From assembly GCF_001194135.2 (NCBI RefSeq), contig NC_068988.1, forward strand, positions 38,169,450-38,233,449: a DNA stretch of 64,000 bases, in the 5' to 3' direction. This stretch comes from Octopus bimaculoides (Eukaryota). The notes beneath the pieces are model-generated. The model was not told where the DNA came from. It ran no database searches and was given only the letters and a program-made list of their open reading frames with translations. Positions 60,986 to 64,000 of the stretch are shown here, in pieces; the first letter of the stretch is position 1, and every line of letters starts with the position of its first letter. A program made the translations under genes and the position numbers.

Positions 60986-62406
60986 GAAAGAGAGAGAGAG
61001 AAAGAGGTGTAGCTATGTGGTAAGAAGTTAGCTTTCCAACCTCATGGTTCTATGTTCAGTGCCACTATGTGACACCTTGGGCAAGTGTATTCCACAATAG
61101 CCTCTAGTTGACCAAATCCTTGTGAGTGTATTTGATAGATGGAAACTGAAAAGAAGCCCATCATCTTTACACACACACACACACACACATATACATGTGT
61201 GTGTCTTTGTGGTTTGTGTTTTCCGCCTCTCCCACTACTTGACAACTACTAGTATTGGTGTGTTTGGATCCCCATAACTTAGTAGTTCAGCAAAAAGAGA
61301 CAGATAAAATAAGTATCAGGTTTAATAAAAAATAAGTACTAAAATTTCTTGAAGGTTGTGCCCCAGTATGGCCAGAGTCTAATGGCTGAAATAAGTAAAA
61401 GATTATATGCATACATTTCTGTGTGTTTTTCCCTGTCCCCAACAATCTTACATCCGCTGTTGGTTTGTTTATATCCCCATAATTTAGACTTAGTGCTTCA
61501 GTGAAACAAAACCAATAAAATAAATACCAGGTTTCACAAAAAAAAAAAAAAAAATGCAATGGGGTCAATTTGTTCTATTAAACATTTCAAAGTGGTGCCA
61601 CAGTCACAAGACTGAAATGAGGAAAAAATAATAGAAAGGATATAATATGAAGAATTAAAAATGAAAGGGAGATAACAAGGAGAGATAATACAGGCGTAAG
61701 TAAGTGGCTTAACTTTGGGAATTCTTTTCTACTCTAGTCACAAGGCCGGAAATTTTGGGGGATGGGGCCAATCAATTACATCCACCCCAGTGTGTAACTG
61801 GTACTTAATTTATCGACTCCAAAAGGATGAAAGCAAAGTCGACCTCGGTGAAATTTGAACTCAGAACATGAAGACAGACGGAATACCGCTAAGCATTTCA
61901 CCTGGCATGCTAATGTTTCTTATTTCTTTATTGCCCACAAAGGGCTAAACATAGAGGGGACAAACAAGGACAGACAAAGGGGTTAAGCCGATTATATCGA
62001 CCCCAGTACGCAACTACTACTTCATTTATTGACCCCCTCCAAAAGGATGAAAGGCAAAGTCGACCTTGGCGGAATTTGAACTCAGAACGTAACGGCAGAC
62101 GAAATACCACTAAGCATTTCACTCAGAGTGCTAATGTTTCTGCCTGCTCGCCACTTTCTTAACTTTGGGAATTAATGGCAAAACATGCAGGCAAATAGCT
62201 TGATCATTTTGATATGTTCTTGCTTGTACATGCACATCTACATCAGTCGGTGTGCATGAACTGACATAGATGTGTACTAGGAGTGTTCTCATCTACAGGT
62301 GTAGCTGTTGATAATACAGATGATCAGATATTTGCACATGCTTTCAGGCAGGAACCTCAAAGCCACCCTTGCTTCAGCATCCACTCTAACAATACATTCA
62401 TGCACA

Positions 62407-62461
<55 letters not shown>

Positions 62462-62613
62462 ACAAATGCAGAGAATTGCTACCCAGCCATGTGCTCTTTA
62501 GGTTAAGCCCTGCTCTGTGGCATCTTGAGCAGATGTCTTCTGCTACAGCCTTGTGAGTAAATTTGGAAGACGGAAATTGAAAGAAGCTTGTTCTATATAC
62601 ATACATACATACA

Positions 62614-62645
<32 letters not shown>

Positions 62646-63546
62646 CAAGGTGCTATCAAAAAGTTCCAGGACTAGTTATGTTTAATAGAAAATAGCTTAT
62701 TTACCTAATCTTTGAGATCATCTCCTCTGAAATAGTTACCTTGCACAGCAATACACTGGTCCCAGTGTTTCTTCCACTTTTGGAATCTGGCTTAGAAGTC
62801 GTTTTTTGTGAGTTGAGGATCTTCTGCGATTCACTCTGGATCTTGGCAATGGTATTAAAACAGTGACCTTTGAGCTGCACTTTCATCTTGGGGGAGAGAT
62901 TGAAGTTTGCAGATACTAAATTTGGCAAATAGGGTGGGTGTGGAAGCAATACCATGTTGTTTTCGGTGAGAAACTCGCGAATGTCAAGAGCCCAGTGGCA
63001 GGATGCAGTGTCGTTGTGAAGAATCCAATTCTTCGCACTCCACAAATTTGGTTGCTTTTGCCAAATGTCCTCCCTCAAATGCTTCAAAACATTGCTTGAT
63101 TGTCCTCTGATGATCTTCATGCACAAGCTGATGAAATTTCTCTACATTTCTGAGGGTGATGCTCATGGCAAGTCTTCCAGATTGCTTATTGTCAATCAGG
63201 GATGTTCTGACACTTTTGAAGCACGTGTGCCACTCGAAACATCACATACAACCCATTGCCTCATCACTGTAAGCTTGTTGCAGCATGCTCAATGTCTCTG
63301 AAGCAGACTTCCTAAGTTTAACGCAAATTTCCATGTTGGTTCTTTGTTCCATGACAAAATCACAGACTACAACATACACATGATCACAAAAACACAAATT
63401 TCACAACTGGCGAAGTAAACACAACAATGACATTTGGCACACTGCCTCATGAAGATCACTGCTAGCTCTCACTGCACACACAATTGTGTGCTGCCATCTG
63501 TTGGTATGCTACAGAACAAGTTCAGGAACTTTTGAATATCACATCA
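62646..63546 (-). mobile_element. internally deleted mariner with both TIRs
   Basis: TA|CAAGGTGCTATCAAAAAGTTCCAGGACTAGTT ... AACAAGTTCAGGAACTTTTGAATATCACATCA|TA; C-terminal WILHNDTASCH...LPHPPYLPNL and N-terminal HTH retained. Confidence 0.88.
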
Positions 63547-63639
63547 TATATGTGTGTGTGCATATGTATATAAATGTATATATGTATATATATATATTTA
63601 TATATATATATTGAAAAAAAAGTCGTCAGAATTTTGGAA

Positions 63640-63820
63640 TAACTTTGTAGTAACGCCTGCGCATGCGTAGTCTTATGCATGCATAGAATTAAACAAGCAA
63701 GCGTTTCCCGCTCAATTCATCCTCTTTCTCGCTGGCCAGCGATTGAGCATGGACGTGTGTTTAAAGCTGTCTCTACATCTTTCGGTCTTATACTCGACAG
63801 CTCGTTATTCTCACCTCTAA
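63640..63820. promoter_or_regulatory. possible promoter-like CpG-retaining patch with NRF1-type motif
   Basis: TGCGCATGCGT at 63658-63668 plus locally frequent CpGs in an otherwise CpG-poor window. Confidence 0.3.
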
Positions 63821-64000
63821 AGATGTATAACTAAAGATTTGTATGTTTTACCAAGTAAATAAATGTTGTTTAAGTTGTTTAGTCTGGAGTTCAGCATTCC
63901 GTCTATTTCTTTAATTTTATAGTAGAAAGTCAGGTATACAATCTAAAGATGTATAACCCACTTTCTACTAAAACTTCTTTCATTTATTTTATACATATAT

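Noticed and set aside
3296-61023. Long ORFs containing X runs (e.g. 3296-3961, 18807-19721, 43313-44455, 58475-59041)
   Set aside because: Artefacts of translating N gaps.

Overview
Repeat-saturated, CpG-depleted, AT-rich animal genomic DNA with about 12 assembly gaps, most of them next to microsatellites. The repeat landscape (tRNA-derived SINE families, RTE LINE tails ending in (GAT)n, very dense di-/tri-nucleotide microsatellites) looks like a coleoid cephalopod, probably octopus; this is an inference. I could not support any intact host protein-coding gene, and almost every ORF in the track is a microsatellite, N-gap or decayed-transposon artefact. Recognisable content: a Helitron with a helicase fragment and head-to-tail end junctions, a near full-length Tigger/pogo element, a Chapaev-type element, several mariner/Tc1 remnants and MITEs, hAT and piggyBac-like MITEs, RTE-clade LINE remnants, two different Penelope-like (PLE, GIY-YIG) remnants and dozens of SINE copies. 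The most striking signal is a set of type I hammerhead-ribozyme-like motifs in four unrelated small repeat families. They include (i) a 530-bp insertion in the Tigger transposase with a 13-bp TSD, built from a ~349-nt circularly permuted monomer plus an inverted segment (retrozyme-like), and (ii) a tRNA-headed SINE with a hammerhead-bearing tail arranged head-to-head. All copies seen here are mutated, so ribozyme activity is inferred, not shown.
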